Source of the DNA: an uncultured Acidobacteriaceae bacterium
GTDB lineage: Bacteria > Acidobacteriota > Terriglobia > Terriglobales > Acidobacteriaceae
Direction of reading: 5' to 3'
DNA length: 64,000 nt
NCBI GenBank assembly: GCA_963758485.1
Contig: CAVWVM010000005.1
Span: 121,988-185,987, forward strand
Shown: piece by piece, positions 47,930-58,955 of the stretch
Position numbering within the stretch: position 1 is the stretch's first letter
Layout of the letters: every line of letters starts with the position of its first letter
The notes under the pieces: generated by a model
Databases searched by the model: none
What the model saw: the letters and a program-made list of their open reading frames with translations, nothing else
Told to the model about the DNA's origin: nothing
Made by a program: the position numbers and the translations under genes

Positions 47930-48496
47930 ATGGACTTCCGTACTCAGCCAACGCCCCCGACGAGCAACCTACTCGCAAACAAAGCCAAGCGAGCCAATCT
48001 TCTGACCTCAGCCCTTTTGGCTGCGTTTGCCGTGATTGTGCTGACCACGGTAGTACAGGCAGCCGAACTGCCGAATGCTCCGAGTAGCTTCGTCAGCACG
48101 AGTGCATCGACTTCGACTTCGACGAGTGAAGTGACGGAGCGTTTCTCCACGGGAAGGGTCGAGCAGTCCAAAACGATCGATAAGAAATTTATGAGTCTCG
48201 CCCTGATTTCGGCGGGCAGCACCTTCGCCGATTCCTACACCACGCTATTTGCGCGGGACAATTGGCTGGCGCGTAAACAGGGGGTTTGCAATGTGGAGAC
48301 GCAGTCGCCTTACCTCTACGGAACCCACCCGACGGTCGCGCGCGCCTATGCCGTGGCGTCGGCCAAGAGCGCGGGATCCGCACTGGCGGCGTATTACATG
48401 CGTAAGCATCACAGCCGCTTCTGGAGCGCGCCTTTGGTGGTGAACTCGGTGATGAGCCTGGAAGGCGTGACCCAGAACATGATCGCTTGCAACTAG
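47930..48496 (+). CDS. Hypothetical membrane-anchored protein
   Basis: ATG 47930 gives MDFRTQPTPP...LLTSALLAAFAVIVLTTVVQA (TM/signal anchor). The longest ORF starts at 47726 but spans a strong hairpin. Confidence 0.45.
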   Translation: MDFRTQPTPPTSNLLANKAKRANLLTSALLAAFAVIVLTTVVQAAELPNAPSSFVSTSASTSTSTSEVTERFSTGRVEQSKTIDKKFMSLALISAGSTFADSYTTLFARDNWLARKQGVCNVETQSPYLYGTHPTVARAYAVASAKSAGSALAAYYMRKHHSRFWSAPLVVNSVMSLEGVTQNMIACN

Positions 48497-48514
48497 TGAG
48501 TCACGCCCGTGAGG

Positions 48515-51500
48515 TTATTGAACGGTGAGCGAGAGGGGCATGGAATGCTGCAAGCCACCCGCAGTAGCAGTAACGGTGATGGTGTAGGTTCCAGGTGCCG
48601 TTCCGGCCGGAGGAATTGCCGTAGTGCCAGTACCTCCAGCGCAAGCGGTCATTGAGATTAGAGCGAAAGCCAGAAAGATGGGAAGACCGAAAGAGCCGTA
48701 CTTAATCTTCCTGGCTTTGTAAGCCAGTACCGCCATTCCCAGAAAACCGATACCGGGCAGCTGAAGAAAGATCGCAAAAACGGGGCCTCTTCGCGAGGAA
48801 CTGTTCGCCGTAGTGGCAACCGTTGTAATCGACAAAGTCGATTTTGCAGCATTGCTGCCTGGCGTTACAGTGGCAGGCGAAAAGCTGCACGATGTTTGCG
48901 CCGATAACCCGCTACACGCGAGCGTCACCGCCGAGGCGAATGATCCGCCGGTGGGTGACACGGTCAGATTGAAGGTTGCAACGGCACCGGCTTTGACGGT
49001 ATCGGAAGTCGGAGAAGCAACCAGACTGAAATCCGAACCGCTTCCGCTGAGCGCCACAGTTTGGGGACTGCCCGCTCCGTTGTCGTTGACAGTCAGGATC
49101 CCACTGCGAGTACCAGAAGCCGTGGGGGTAAAGGTCACATTGATGGCGCACGTTGCATTCGGGGACAATTGCGCGCCGCAATTGTTCGTCTGCGAGAAGT
49201 CTCCGGTTGTCTGAATGGAGATCACATTCAACGCAGCGTTTCCAGTGTTAGCGAGGGTTACTGTTTGCGCGGTGGCGGAAGTCTTCACCGGCTGACTCGG
49301 AAACGTCAGGCTAAGTGGGGAGAGGCTCGCGACTGGCGCGCCGCCGACCGCTCCAATGCCGGTCAGGTTGATGGTTTGCGGGGTATTCAGAACGTTGTCG
49401 TTGACGGTAAGAGTTCCGCTGCGCGTTCCAGGGACCGTGGGGGTAAACGTTACGTTGATTGAGCAACTGGCGTTGGCCGCCAGGGTAGCGGGACAGTTGT
49501 TAACTTGAGTGTAGTCTCCCGTGACTTGGATCGTGCCCACGTTCAGGGTCGCATTGCCCGCATTTGTGAGGCTCACGGCCTGCGCAGCGCTGGAAGTTCC
49601 AATCGGTTGAGAAGAAAAAGACAGGCTGGCCGGCGATAGAGTAGCACCAGGACCATTGCCCGTGCCGGTGAGCGTGATCACTTGCGGCGATCCCGACGCG
49701 TCATCCTGAATCACGACGGTTCCGGTCCGCGTGCCGCCGGACAATGGAGTGAAAGTCACCGATAAAGTGCAATTGCCCGCGGCAGCCACACTAGTTCCGC
49801 AGGTGTCCGATTCCGCAAAGTCGCCGGTAGTCGTGATAGACGAAATCGTCAAGGGCGAACTCCCGAGGTTTCGCAGTAGCACGGTTTGCGGCTGGCTGGT
49901 AGAGCCCATTGTCTGCGCAGCGTAATCGAGAGATTGAGGACTGGTAGCGACGGATGGGGCTGAGCCTGGCTCAATCTTCATCACGAATACGTCGGTGTTG
50001 CCTCCGAATAACGGCTGGAAGGCGTTCTGGGTCACGGGAAAGTCGCTCGAATCAGTGGTTCCGTCAACGTAGATGTTGCCATTAGGATCGACGGCGATAC
50101 CAGCCGCGAATTCATCCAGGCTCGCGCCCAGGTAGGTAGCAAAAATCTCCGTGCTCGCCAACGGATCAATTTCTACTAACAGGAGATCGCTCCCTCCCGA
50201 GTAAGGCTCGATACCATTCACCAATGAAAATGAACTGCTTGTGGAGGACGCTAATACATAAGCATTCTTATCGGCATCGATTGCGATAGCTCGGGGATTG
50301 CCAGAGTTGTTGGGCCCAAGAAACGTGGAGTAGGCCAGCTGTGCGCCGGTGGGATCGAGTTTTGTCACAAAAGCATAGCCACAGGCCGTGGTATACACAC
50401 CGGGATCGCAGATGGCGGTCGCGGTAATCGGGAACGTGCCATCACTGTAGGCGGAGCCCGTCACATATGCAGAGCCATCCGCATCGACGGCGATAGCATC
50501 GAGGTTCGACAAAATGCCGCTGGACTCATAAAGATAAGTCGAGTAAGTTAGCGATCCCGCGCTGCTAAATTTACTTACGAATCCAACGTTAGCATTGAGC
50601 TGCTGGGTTGAATTGGTTGTCGAGTACGCGCCGGTGGTGGTTGGAAAATTGTAGGTGTTCGTGTTGCCGGTGACGTACGCGTTGCCACTGCCATCTACCA
50701 CGATCCCGGTGATGGCGCTATAGGGGGAGGGCCAACAAGGTGTGCCACCGCAGTTATAGGCTATGTTGAAATCGCCTGCGAAATATGTCGAATAGACCAG
50801 ATATGAACCATCGGGGCTGAACTTAGTAAGAAAGCCATATTGGCCGTAATTATTGCCTTGGTTAGGCGATGCGGTTGTCTGATAGGCATTGACCGCCGGG
50901 AAATTGGTGGATGTCGTATTTCCGGCGACCAGCACATCCGAAGCGCTGTCGATCGCTATGCCGGCCGGGCTGTCCGAACCATTTCCACCGAGGTAAGACG
51001 AGTACAGGAGCGAGGAACCATCGGCAGAAACCTTGCTCAGGAAACCGTTGAATGACCCTGGATAAGTGCCCTGATAAGGATTCACCACTGGAAAGTCACT
51101 CGATGCGGTACTTCCGGTAACGTACACCTCATTGGAGCTATCCAGCACCAGTGCGTATCCGTAGTCCTGACTGTTGCCGCCGATATAGTCGGCATAAATG
51201 AGGTTCGAACCAGTGGGATCAAGCTTGGCGACAAAAACGTGCGGCCCCGCGGGTAGCGATCCCACCGTGGCCAGAGGAAAGTCTTGCGAGTCTGTAAAAC
51301 CCGCAACGTATACATTTCCTAACGAATCTACAGCGATGCCCGATGGTTGATCGTTGCCGCTTCCTCCCAAATAGGTGGAGTAGATCAGCAGGGGATCAAT
51401 GACCAGCGGTTTACTTTGGTCGTAGGGATTAACCTGGAAGCCGATGTGTGTCGCATCTTTGACCGCATAGGCGCCTGAGACTGGAATCCGCGTGCCGTTG

Positions 51501-52156
51501 GATTCCAGGTAAATGGCCGGGCTGGCGAAATGGAGTGGGCCGCTGGTAGTCTGCAAGACCAGGTTGCCGTCTGCGTCCAAGTCAATCTGCTTGGCGCCGA
51601 GAATCTTAAATTGAATTTTGCTGGGGTCGGCACCGGGCGAGATAACGAAATCGTACTCCAGGCGGCGATGATTCCCGTAGTAGACGAGGTCAATTCCGGG
51701 ATAAACATTCTTATAGCGTACCTTGCCGTACGTGGGCACGTTGGTGTGCCACTTCGAGGGATCTCTTCCGATGAAATAGTTCACCCGACCTGAAAGGGGA
51801 TCTTCACCAACGACAACGGGATTCTGATTTGCTCCCAAGAAATTAAACTGCAGAGTCGCGGGCGGCGGCGTCTTGCCGGAAGCGGTTCCAGTCGCAGGCT
51901 GATCTGCCGCCGCGGGATTGGAATGCAAGGCAAGGACAAGTCCCCCGGCGGTAAGAAATGCGGTGTAGCCTTTTCCGCGAGAAACAAATTTGACCTGCGA
52001 ATCGACTTGGCCCTGGTTCACCTCGAATGTAAGTGGCAAGCCACCAGTCAACTTAACTGCCGAATTTGCCGACGCTCCGATGGGTGTGACTTGAGCGCTG
52101 GCTGAGGCCGTAACCCCCGCTAATAATAAGATCCATATGAGCTTGGTCGATTGCAT
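48515..52156 (-). CDS. Giant surface protein: signal peptide, SBBP beta-propeller repeats, four Ig-like modules, C-terminal double hydrophobic hairpin
   Basis: 1213 aa. Repeated YSTYLGG.G.D...GIAVD..GN.YV.G.T.S.DFP (SBBP) motif. Modules with ..LSF..Q..G.......V.L.N.GNA.L....I...GD......C...L....C.I.V.F.P...G.R.G.L. SD GAGGA. Confidence 0.8.
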   Translation of the reverse strand: MQSTKLIWILLLAGVTASASAQVTPIGASANSAVKLTGGLPLTFEVNQGQVDSQVKFVSRGKGYTAFLTAGGLVLALHSNPAAADQPATGTASGKTPPPATLQFNFLGANQNPVVVGEDPLSGRVNYFIGRDPSKWHTNVPTYGKVRYKNVYPGIDLVYYGNHRRLEYDFVISPGADPSKIQFKILGAKQIDLDADGNLVLQTTSGPLHFASPAIYLESNGTRIPVSGAYAVKDATHIGFQVNPYDQSKPLVIDPLLIYSTYLGGSGNDQPSGIAVDSLGNVYVAGFTDSQDFPLATVGSLPAGPHVFVAKLDPTGSNLIYADYIGGNSQDYGYALVLDSSNEVYVTGSTASSDFPVVNPYQGTYPGSFNGFLSKVSADGSSLLYSSYLGGNGSDSPAGIAIDSASDVLVAGNTTSTNFPAVNAYQTTASPNQGNNYGQYGFLTKFSPDGSYLVYSTYFAGDFNIAYNCGGTPCWPSPYSAITGIVVDGSGNAYVTGNTNTYNFPTTTGAYSTTNSTQQLNANVGFVSKFSSAGSLTYSTYLYESSGILSNLDAIAVDADGSAYVTGSAYSDGTFPITATAICDPGVYTTACGYAFVTKLDPTGAQLAYSTFLGPNNSGNPRAIAIDADKNAYVLASSTSSSFSLVNGIEPYSGGSDLLLVEIDPLASTEIFATYLGASLDEFAAGIAVDPNGNIYVDGTTDSSDFPVTQNAFQPLFGGNTDVFVMKIEPGSAPSVATSPQSLDYAAQTMGSTSQPQTVLLRNLGSSPLTISSITTTGDFAESDTCGTSVAAAGNCTLSVTFTPLSGGTRTGTVVIQDDASGSPQVITLTGTGNGPGATLSPASLSFSSQPIGTSSAAQAVSLTNAGNATLNVGTIQVTGDYTQVNNCPATLAANASCSINVTFTPTVPGTRSGTLTVNDNVLNTPQTINLTGIGAVGGAPVASLSPLSLTFPSQPVKTSATAQTVTLANTGNAALNVISIQTTGDFSQTNNCGAQLSPNATCAINVTFTPTASGTRSGILTVNDNGAGSPQTVALSGSGSDFSLVASPTSDTVKAGAVATFNLTVSPTGGSFASAVTLACSGLSAQTSCSFSPATVTPGSNAAKSTLSITTVATTANSSSRRGPVFAIFLQLPGIGFLGMAVLAYKARKIKYGSFGLPIFLAFALISMTACAGGTGTTAIPPAGTAPGTYTITVTATAGGLQHSMPLSLTVQ

Positions 52157-52228
52157 TTAGTTTCCTCAAGTGAGACGGGTTACTGCGCGAATTGGGGGTT
52201 ACCGTCAAACAGTGATCCTCTTCTAACT

Positions 52229-52246
52229 TTGCACGATGTGTGCCGA
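52229..52246 (-). promoter_or_regulatory. Candidate sigma54 (-24/-12) promoter for the giant surface protein gene
   Basis: Minus strand reads CGGCAC-ACATC-GTGCAA with GG-N10-GC spacing. About 75 nt upstream of ATG 52156. Confidence 0.5.
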
Positions 52247-52362
52247 AAGCCTTATTGGGCGCGGATCTAGACGCAAACCTTAGACTGGACGTGGTTTAGA
52301 TAGGTGTTCTGGCTGGATTCAGCCTCAACTTTTCAGGGCGGAGTCGTCTGGGACTGGGAATA

Positions 52363-52381
52363 GTGTCTTGCTCAGAGACAC
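52363..52381. promoter_or_regulatory. Inverted repeat GTGTCT-N7-AGACAC, candidate upstream activator site
   Basis: About 120 bp upstream of the -24 element at 52245. Confidence 0.25.
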
Positions 52382-52513
52382 GTAACTAGAAGTAAACAGG
52401 TTATAGAATCTCTTACTTCGGAATGGCGTCTCCATGTTGCACACAGTTGCAAGAAACGTCAGGTTATTGGGCTCGCGCGAAATCAAGTGCCTTATTGTGC
52501 TTCTAACTTGTTT

Positions 52514-53236
52514 TCAATTAGCATCGTCGGTCGGCATCTCGGCGCTCTCTAATTTCGCTAATTCGACGGCGAGCCACCCTTCCAGTAAAGAGCGATCTTC
52601 GTCAGGCATAAACGAAAAGCGCACGCCCGCCCGTCCCGAGCTGTCGGCATTCACAATCTGCCCCATCGCGTGAATCATGGTATTCGTGCCCGGAAGTTCA
52701 AATTGCGTTAACACCTCACGGCTGGTGGGCAGCGGCTGGTTTCCGTGCAATGCCAGCCCTCCGATACTGAGATCTGTGATTCTGGCCTGGATCTCGCCGA
52801 TCTCACTGACTCTCGCCACCACCGGAACGTCGAGAGGCACACGGGCCGCGCGCCTGCGGTTTTGCAGAATTGTTCCATAGGCGGCTCGCATGCATCGTTT
52901 TGCATGATCAACGTCCGTGGGTTTGTGGATCATGAAATTAGCTCCAACCAGCAGAGCGTGGGTTTCCGAACGCCCATTCACCATCGCGACGATCGTCGCA
53001 TTGCTGTTGGGCGACGATTTACGCGCAGCTCTTGCGATTTGAGTGGGATCCGATACACCATCCCAATCCAAAATCATTGCATCGAGCCTGCGGTTTGTGA
53101 CTACGGCGAGAGCAGAATCAAGTTTGCTGCAAACCTCAGTTTCGATTGCGAAACTGTTGAGGATTTGACGCATGACGCACAGAACTTGTTCGTCGTTGGT
53201 GAAGAGGAGACCCTCGAGTTGAACATGCGTTTTCAT
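52514..53236 (-). CDS. REC-PilZ two-domain protein (candidate c-di-GMP receptor)
   Basis: REC-like LLFTNDE...DAMILDWDG...MIHKP. PilZ motifs RRRAAR (RxxxR) and DLSIGG (DxSxxG). Start is ATG 53236 or TTG 53263. Confidence 0.7.
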   Translation of the reverse strand: MKTHVQLEGLLFTNDEQVLCVMRQILNSFAIETEVCSKLDSALAVVTNRRLDAMILDWDGVSDPTQIARAARKSSPNSNATIVAMVNGRSETHALLVGANFMIHKPTDVDHAKRCMRAAYGTILQNRRRAARVPLDVPVVARVSEIGEIQARITDLSIGGLALHGNQPLPTSREVLTQFELPGTNTMIHAMGQIVNADSSGRAGVRFSFMPDEDRSLLEGWLAVELAKLESAEMPTDDAN

Positions 53237-53912
53237 GAATTCATGGAAGGAGGGGCATTTCAACTACCAAACCTGCAAAGCGCTTCAACCCTTTAGCATT
53301 GATCTACTTGGCAGGTCAGATGAGCGTCTCGAGGAGGAGGCGGTTGGTTCCAATTCTGGATATTGTCTGGGAAGCAGACAGGTTGCGAAGAGAAGCGGTT
53401 GCGGAAAACGAGGCCGAAACTTGAACCCTTTTTCGTTTTTCGTAACAAATAGTCTTGTGCAGGCTGACCTGCGCTGGATGTTGAGGATAATTCGTCACAC
53501 CACGCTCGACACGACGAACGTCGTTAAGATTAGCTAACTAAAGAGTAATCCCAGCAAAACGCGGATTCGTGCGATCCGAAGAAACGCCGCCGCTTTCTGA
53601 ATTTTCCGGCTTTTGTAACAGATTGGGAGCTGAATGTGCTTTCATAGGCCTGTAAACCTATACTAATAATGAAGCCAAACCGCACGCATGGCGTTTCAGA
53701 AAGTGACCCGGGTTTCCCCCCGTCCGAGCCGTTTCCAATTCTCGACCTTCCTACGTGATCTATCCGGGACTGTTGTTGGTTTCCCCTCCCCCGTCGTGAC
53801 CCAGAATCCCAGCTTGATGTTTTTCTGTACTCCCGGATTATCGCTCACGATCTGCCAATTCCCTTGGGCTTCACCAGCACTCAAGACATCCTTGAAGTAG
53901 AAACAATTCCGC

Positions 53913-55304
53913 ATGGGGCGAAATCGAATGGCTAACCTTAATACATTCCGGCTTCTAGCGATCGACGAAAACATAGAGGATCTGGCATCGATTGCCGACG
54001 CTCTGGCACAGGACAGACTGGAAATACTTACTGCCAATGAACTGGAGACTGGGTTCGAACTGTTTCTGAAGTTCCGGCCAAGGACGGTGGTAATTAGTCT
54101 GACGAATCCGGAAGCCCTTGGGATGAGTTTGCTGGAACGAATTATTGGGGTAGATCCTGGAGTCAACGTAATCCTTCTTTCCGAACATTATTCGGCAGAA
54201 TCCGCCGTCGAGGCAATTCAAAAGGGCGCATGCGACTACCTGACCAGGCCCATTGATTATGAAAAGTTTCATGAGCGGATTTCGAGCTTTCTCGCGGAAG
54301 CCGAACTGCGACGAAAAACTCTGAATCTCGACCACGAATTAATTGAGGTATGTAAGTTTGAGGGGATGGTCAGCCGCAGTCCTCTCATGCGAGAAGTGTT
54401 CGCCAAAATGCGGCGGATCGCTCCGCACTTCACAACGGCCCTGATCACGGGCGCCACTGGTACTGGCAAGGAACTCGTCGCCAAAGGGCTATTGAACCTG
54501 AGTCCGGCTTCAAAGGATCGCTTTGTGGTATGCAACTGTTCTGCCTTGGTGGAGAGTCTGGTAGAAAGTGAATTGTTTGGGTACGTGAAGGGAGCGTTTA
54601 CCGGAGCTATCGGGGACCGCGCGGGTCTGTTTGAAAGCGCGAATGGGGGGATGATTTTTCTCGACGAAGTAGGCGAGCTCTCTGCCGGGGCTCAGGCGAA
54701 GTTGCTGCGCGTCCTGCAAGACCATCAGGTTCGTCGAGTCGGCTCATCGGTCGCGCGGCCGGTCGACTTGCGAGTGGTCGCCGCTACCAACCGTGATCTT
54801 CGCCGCATGGTAAGTGAAGGAAAGTTCCGAGAGGATCTTTACTATCGTCTGGCGGTAGTAGAAATCGACTTACCGGCGCTTGCCGATCGACGCGAAGATC
54901 TTCCTCTTCTGGAAAGATACTTTCTCGAGAAGTTTGCCGCCCAATATGAAAAGCCGATTGCCGGCCTCACCAGAAGAGCGCAAAGCCGAATGGCGTGTTA
55001 TCCGTGGCCAGGTAATATACGAGAACTGGAAAGCGTGATTGGAAACGCGTGCATGATGTCAGACAGTAAATTCCTTGACATTGACCATCTGCCCGAGCGC
55101 GTTCGATCCCAGGTCCCTAGCGAGGCTTCCGGCGATGAGAGCCTGTTGTCTCTCGAGGAAGTTCAGAGACGTCATGTAATGAAAGTTCTCGGCCGCGTAG
55201 GCGGCAACAAGGCCAGGGCGGCGGAGATTCTCGGCTGTGGCCGGGCTACCATTTACCAGCTGCTCTCCAGAATGAAGCTGGAGAAACAGGGCGAGAGCGC
55301 TTGA
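53913..55304 (+). CDS. Sigma54-dependent transcriptional activator with a degenerate receiver domain
   Basis: GATGTGKE, GAFTGA, ESVIGNA, C-terminal HTH. When aligned to NtrC the N-terminal receiver lacks the phospho-acceptor Asp (TVVISLTNPE) and has Arg instead of the conserved Lys (YLTRP). Confidence 0.85.
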   Translation: MGRNRMANLNTFRLLAIDENIEDLASIADALAQDRLEILTANELETGFELFLKFRPRTVVISLTNPEALGMSLLERIIGVDPGVNVILLSEHYSAESAVEAIQKGACDYLTRPIDYEKFHERISSFLAEAELRRKTLNLDHELIEVCKFEGMVSRSPLMREVFAKMRRIAPHFTTALITGATGTGKELVAKGLLNLSPASKDRFVVCNCSALVESLVESELFGYVKGAFTGAIGDRAGLFESANGGMIFLDEVGELSAGAQAKLLRVLQDHQVRRVGSSVARPVDLRVVAATNRDLRRMVSEGKFREDLYYRLAVVEIDLPALADRREDLPLLERYFLEKFAAQYEKPIAGLTRRAQSRMACYPWPGNIRELESVIGNACMMSDSKFLDIDHLPERVRSQVPSEASGDESLLSLEEVQRRHVMKVLGRVGGNKARAAEILGCGRATIYQLLSRMKLEKQGESA

Positions 55305-55331
55305 CCCGCCCGATTAAACTCCCCACTTAGA

Positions 55332-56570
55332 TCAGTGGATGGTCTTCGTCTTTCGTGACATGTAATCCATCAGCAGATACTGCCCGAGCGTGTAGGGCGT
55401 GGTGAAGTAGGCTTTGCCGCGGCACATTTCCGTGACCTTCTGCACGAATTGCACCAGGCCGTAATCCGAAGCCAGCATGAAAGTGTTGATCAGAACTCCG
55501 GCACGCTTGCATTTGGAAACCTCTTCCAGAGTCTGGCTGACCACGAGAGGATCGAGGCCAAAAGCATTCTTGTAGATGCGGCCGTCTTCCAGCGTAAGGG
55601 CAGAAGGTTTGCCGTCTGTGATCATGACGATCTGCTTCATGTCCTTGCGTTGCCGTTGCAGTATTCTCTGCGCCATCCGAAGGCCTTCCCGCGTGTTGGT
55701 GTAATACGGACCAACTTTGACTCGTGCCAGTTGCGATAGCGGTACTTCCTCGGCGGAGTCGTGGAAGAGCACGAGCGAAAGCGAATCGCCGGGATACTGC
55801 GTGCGAATGAGATGCGAGAGCGCCATGGCAACTTTTTTCGCCGGAGTGAAGCGGTCCTCGCCGTAAAGAATCATCGAGTGCGAGCAGTCGAGCATCAGAA
55901 CCGTGGCGCAGGAGGACTGGTATTCGCACTGATGGACCTGTAAGTCGGAGTATTCGATATTAAGCGGCAGCGTCAGGCCTTCGCGCTGAATGGCGCTGGA
56001 GAGGGTCGCGGTGATATCGAGGTTGAGCGTGTCGCCGAATTCATAGGTCTTTGAAGATCCGCTGGCTTCGATGCCGGTAGCCAAGTCGCGTGTATCGTGG
56101 CGTCCAAAGCTCGATTTGCCGAGCGAGCCCAGTAGGTTGCGAAGCGATTTGAAGCCGAGGAAGTCAAGACTCTTATCCGTGATTTCGAATTGGGCCGGCG
56201 GCTGATTTTCGCCCAGCTTACCGCCTGTACCAGAAGGGCGGGACGGATCGGGTGGCTGATCGATCGAGATATAGTCTTCCTGCTCCATTCGCTCGATCAA
56301 TTTCTGGATCAGTTCATCCAGTTGCCCATCCATTGCCATTTCCTGCAAGCGTTGGCGCATGTCATCGTCGAAAGCGTCGCCATCCATCAAGGCCTGCTCG
56401 ATCGCCTGCTTCAAATCATCCAGAGTCTTCTCGCCGTTGGGCATCTCGTACCACATGTCGCTCTGAAATCCGCTTTGCAGCAGGTAATCGGAGAGCGCGC
56501 CGAGCAAGTCTTCCATGCTCATTTCGCCGGCGGGGTCGGGCACGTATTTGCTGTAGCGGATGCGTTTCAT
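55332..56570 (-). CDS. VWA domain protein (CoxE/ChlD-C-terminal-like)
   Basis: MIDAS DCSHS...ITDGKPS in the C-terminal half. Acidic helical N-terminal half. Confidence 0.8.
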   Translation of the reverse strand: MKRIRYSKYVPDPAGEMSMEDLLGALSDYLLQSGFQSDMWYEMPNGEKTLDDLKQAIEQALMDGDAFDDDMRQRLQEMAMDGQLDELIQKLIERMEQEDYISIDQPPDPSRPSGTGGKLGENQPPAQFEITDKSLDFLGFKSLRNLLGSLGKSSFGRHDTRDLATGIEASGSSKTYEFGDTLNLDITATLSSAIQREGLTLPLNIEYSDLQVHQCEYQSSCATVLMLDCSHSMILYGEDRFTPAKKVAMALSHLIRTQYPGDSLSLVLFHDSAEEVPLSQLARVKVGPYYTNTREGLRMAQRILQRQRKDMKQIVMITDGKPSALTLEDGRIYKNAFGLDPLVVSQTLEEVSKCKRAGVLINTFMLASDYGLVQFVQKVTEMCRGKAYFTTPYTLGQYLLMDYMSRKTKTIH

Positions 56571-56573
56571 AAG

Positions 56574-56651
56574 CAGTGGCTAGTGGTTAGTGATCAGTGT
56601 CTAGTTAAGACCATCGGACATTCTGATCACTGGCACTGATCCATGATCACT
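56574..56651. repeat. Heptad inverted-repeat element filling the AAA+/VWA intercistronic gap
   Basis: CAGTGGC TAGTGGT TAGTGAT CAGTGTC TAGTTAA at 56574-56608. A short spacer follows. Then approximate inverted copies ATCACTG, GGCACTG, ATCCATG, ATCACTT at 56626-56652. Confidence 0.7.
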
Positions 56652-58148
<1,497 letters not shown>

Positions 58149-58247
58149 GAAAGAACCCCCGAGGAGAATACTTTCCTGGATTATACGCGGAAGAGAGAAG
58201 TCCGGTTTTTGTGCTGATCGGCCGTCGCCGCAAGCCGGAAGCCGGGT

Positions 58248-58856
58248 TTAATGGACGTGCCCGTTGCCGCTGGCTTTTTCGCGGGCTCGGGCGGCACGGT
58301 GCAAGTTTGGAATCAGCTTTTCGAGATAAGCAATCAGCAGAGACAGTCGCTCCGCTTCCGAGCGCAACGAAAGTAGCCGCTGTTTGAAATCCAGATCGAG
58401 CGGCAAAGACGCAGCCAGGTAGAAAGACAACAGCGACGGATCGGCCGCTGCGAGATCCTGTTCCGCGTTCGCCATAGCCAGTAGTTCGGCATGCAATTGA
58501 ATGGCGCGGGCAGTATCTTCCTGTGGCGGCGCACCCCCTTCGTCTTCAATCATGAGGATTTCCGCCTGCAGGAAGGAACGATCCTTATTTACTTCGAGGA
58601 GTTCGAAGCGTTTGCGGCCTTCAGCCACCAGATCCAGCCGTCCATCGGGATATTCTTTGACTACAGTGACAATTTCGGCGGTGCATCCTACATCCGCTAA
58701 AGCGTCCTCACCTGCTCGCACCACGCCGAATAGGCGATTTTGAGCCAGGCACTCCGCAACCATTTCCTTATAGCGCGGCTCAAAAATATGCAGAGGCAAG
58801 GGCGTACCGGGGAATAGAACGACGTCGAGAGGAAATAGGGGAATGAGGGCCGGCAA
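58248..58856 (-). CDS. Stand-alone Lon N-terminal (substrate-binding) domain protein
   Basis: PALIPLFPLDVVLFPGTPLPLHIFEPRYKEMV is the LON N-domain signature. TTG start at 58856 (alternative GTG 58918). The 435-aa ORF in the track is an antisense read-through extension. Confidence 0.7.
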   Translation of the reverse strand: MPALIPLFPLDVVLFPGTPLPLHIFEPRYKEMVAECLAQNRLFGVVRAGEDALADVGCTAEIVTVVKEYPDGRLDLVAEGRKRFELLEVNKDRSFLQAEILMIEDEGGAPPQEDTARAIQLHAELLAMANAEQDLAAADPSLLSFYLAASLPLDLDFKQRLLSLRSEAERLSLLIAYLEKLIPNLHRAARAREKASGNGHVH

Positions 58857-58955
58857 GCAGTCTCCACGAACGCAGCGGTCCGCGCGCGATGCGCGGTTGT
58901 CCTGATTGTACCGCAGCACTTGACTTCGCAACTTGCAGAGGAATAAAAGCGCGCT

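Noticed and set aside
53688-53900. 70-aa ORF in the long intergenic region upstream of the sigma54 activator
   Set aside because: It has a Pro/Ser/Thr/Phe-rich composition, no SD and no family resemblance. It overlaps an equally implausible antisense ORF.
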